Source: Ruditapes philippinarum (Eukaryota). Taken from it: 64,000 nucleotides of DNA. How positions within the stretch are numbered: the stretch's first letter is position 1; each line of letters starts with the position of its first letter. Location: the NCBI RefSeq assembly GCF_026571515.1, contig NW_026857783.1, positions 114,878 to 178,877 on the forward strand, written 5' to 3'. The translations under genes were made by a program, and so were the position numbers. The notes below the pieces were generated by a model. The model was not told the origin of the DNA and ran no database searches. It worked only from the letters and a program-made list of their open reading frames with translations. Below are positions 62,038-64,000 of the stretch, piece by piece.

Positions 62038-62909
62038 GTAAAAAGATATTACTTTTTCTTATTTTCAATAAAAAGAGCTTTTTTGAAACCTCTACCTGCT
62101 GGAACCTAAACAGACTACCCTTTGCCACTATCAGTGTAGAGCCAGGTCAGCCTGCACATTTGTACACTCTGATCAGGCTCTATACTGTTGGTAGCTCATG
62201 CTTGTGTTTTTATATTGAAATCCCTTAAATTATAAATGGACTGTTCCATTTTCAAAGCTGGCCTAATCCATTATGTATATACAGCAGGTGCAGGGTTAAT
62301 TAGTGTCATGTTTAAATTAAAGTGTTGAATGAATAGTTTTCCTGAAAAATTGGAACTTTTTTGTCTTTTCTGTGTCATGTACATCTATAATATGATAATT
62401 AAGTCTGAATAGTAAAGGATACGGTCACTGTATTAAATATACATGTACAGTGTACTTGCTGTTCACCGTTGTGGGCTAGAATAGTTCGTCATAGAGGGCA
62501 AGACTGGTTTTAGGTCAAATGCTGTCTAATGTGTCTGAAATAATGTACTATAGACGGAAATCAACATTAATTTCCTTCACCAAAAGTGGAAAATCATTAC
62601 AATATTAGCCTTACAGAGCTGTTATGACTGAAACTTACAAAAAAATTGAATATTGTTGTTCCCAAGAAAGAGAATAGATTTTAAGAAACTTATTTATTCA
62701 TAGCCATATTGTGTATGAATATACTGTTTAAAAGCAGAACAACTTAAGATTTAAGTTAAATCTATATTGTGAACATATAGTTGTATATCTACAAATATCT
62801 TCAAATATAATTATATTGTGTAAGAATGTTATTTTATGCTTGATGATTTGAAGATTTATTCCCTTCTCTAGAAGTGTTCTGGTATATGATTATTTTTTGT
62901 TTCCCTCAG

Positions 62910-63044
62910 AAAAAAGAAAAGAAGGTACAGAAGACATTTACTGTACTGGAAGTGCATGTTGATGAACATTTCAGGACAGGTAACTCTGATACAAACCATA
63001 AATACAGAGTTGCCTCCCATACAGGAATGTTGAAGACTGTGGAA
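62910..63044 (+). CDS. PARP4: PARP4-like protein, exon 4 (KKEKKVQKTFTVLEVHVDEHFRTGNSDTNHKYRVASHTGMLKTVE)
   Basis: Acceptor ttccctcag. Donor GAA|gtaagt, a consensus site. Phase 0 at both ends. It resembles PARP4 ..EAVVVELQCSRDSRDCPFLISSHFLL. Confidence 0.7.
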
Positions 63045-63648
63045 GTAAGTGCTGGTTTGCCAAATTATTATGATATGTCATAATCAATTATCTTTTCTAG
63101 TACGAATGAAATAACTTTATGCATGTATGAAAGAATTAACTTATATGTAAAAGTAAACAGTTTTATACCCAATTTTTTTTCAAAATCATTGTCACAGATT
63201 TCTAATAACTTAAGATGTCACAGTGTTTCACCGATAACTTTTGTCCTGATTATGTAAGTGAGACTTAAGCTACATTTAATTTTATTAATAAGAAAGTGTG
63301 TGGTTTACTACACCTTTTGAAGTATGGCTTTGAAAGTCAATATACTAATAAATGCCATCTTCATCTCAACTTCCACTGCCCAACTAGCTCAATATATAGA
63401 GCATTTTACTGCAAATCAGACGACCCTGTTTGATTTGGGGACAGAAATGGTCACTTCAGTTGTGGTTTATCATGAAATCCTTTCTACTGTCATTTGCTCT
63501 GTACCTCTGCTCTGACATCTTTCAAAATAATAAGTAGTTTCTTGTGAAAGTGGAGTGCACCATCCTATAAACTTCCATACTAAAGGATATTGCCCTGTTA
63601 TTGCAGCATGCTGTATGATGTAACAGTTGTTCTATTTTTTATCTACAG

Positions 63649-63807
63649 AAAGGTGGACCAGGTACTACAGAATATAGATACTGTAATACAGTTGATGAGA
63701 CACTGGCTGTATATAGCAATCTATACAGACAACAACAACAACAACTGGGTATGACCTTGACCCATGACCTTTTCTCGAGACATATTGGATCCGAAAAATT
63801 TAAACAG
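63649..63807 (+). CDS. PARP4: PARP4-like protein, exon 5 (KGGPGTTEYRYCNTVDETLAVYSNLYRQQQQQLGMTLTHDLFSRHIGSEKFKQ); the gene continues beyond the window
   Basis: Acceptor ttttttatctacag. Donor CAG|gtatgt. Phase 0. The frame stays open across all five exons. Confidence 0.55.
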
Positions 63808-64000
63808 GTATGTCTGGTAACAGTATATGACTATATATTATTTCCTGATAATATCATTGGGAAAATTGTAAGATAACTTAATATCAAAGTAAAAAATTAC
63901 AACAAACTCTTGCACAAATAAAAAAACATTTGTTATTTAATTTTCAATGATATATAATTATGTTTTCTAACAATATATATCAAATTAAGTAGTAATTTAT

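Noticed and set aside
61980-62228. 82-aa ORF MPIFHKGIPNCQVCTLQRRGKK...
   Set aside because: It overlaps PARP4-like exon 3 in a different frame. The exon frame chosen instead is continuous with exons 2 and 4 and matches PARP4. This ORF runs on into intron sequence.

Overview
This window is eukaryotic genomic DNA: AT-rich, with spliced multi-exon genes, satellites, MITEs and a LINE. The repeat families suggest a bivalve mollusc, but that is an impression, not something I could check. No prokaryotic operon-type system is present. I hand-built exon models by translating across GT/AG boundaries for seven protein-coding loci. Three ninjurin-family paralogues sit within 18 kb: A on the + strand at 1433-3095, B on the - strand at 9329-10636 and C on the - strand at 16766-17876. 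A C2H2 zinc-finger gene on the - strand (exons 29037-29840, 27928-28167, 23070-23623) has every intron in phase 1, and two of its fingers are split across exon junctions. An intronless gene for an ankyrin-repeat plus SOCS-box (ASB-like) protein lies at 37997-39649 (-). A four-exon RERG-like Ras-family GTPase on the - strand (47663 down to 41906) shows an apparently degenerate G3 motif. The 5' part of a PARP4-like gene on the + strand (five exons, 55527-63807) has introns carrying a TIR-bounded 150-bp tandem array and a roughly 2.1 kb 24-bp minisatellite. The remainder is repeat-rich. There is a 65-bp satellite of about 1.6 kb split by a 1993-bp TTAA-flanked TIR element. Two copies of a roughly 625-bp piggyBac-like MITE are present (TTAA followed by CCC... 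termini). A roughly 230-bp palindromic MITE family occurs four times. There are also several foldback or hairpin elements, a frameshifted APE+RT LINE on the - strand at 48661-51660, many short tandem arrays and recurrent poly-G tracts. Most ORFs in the supplied track inside repeats are spurious.
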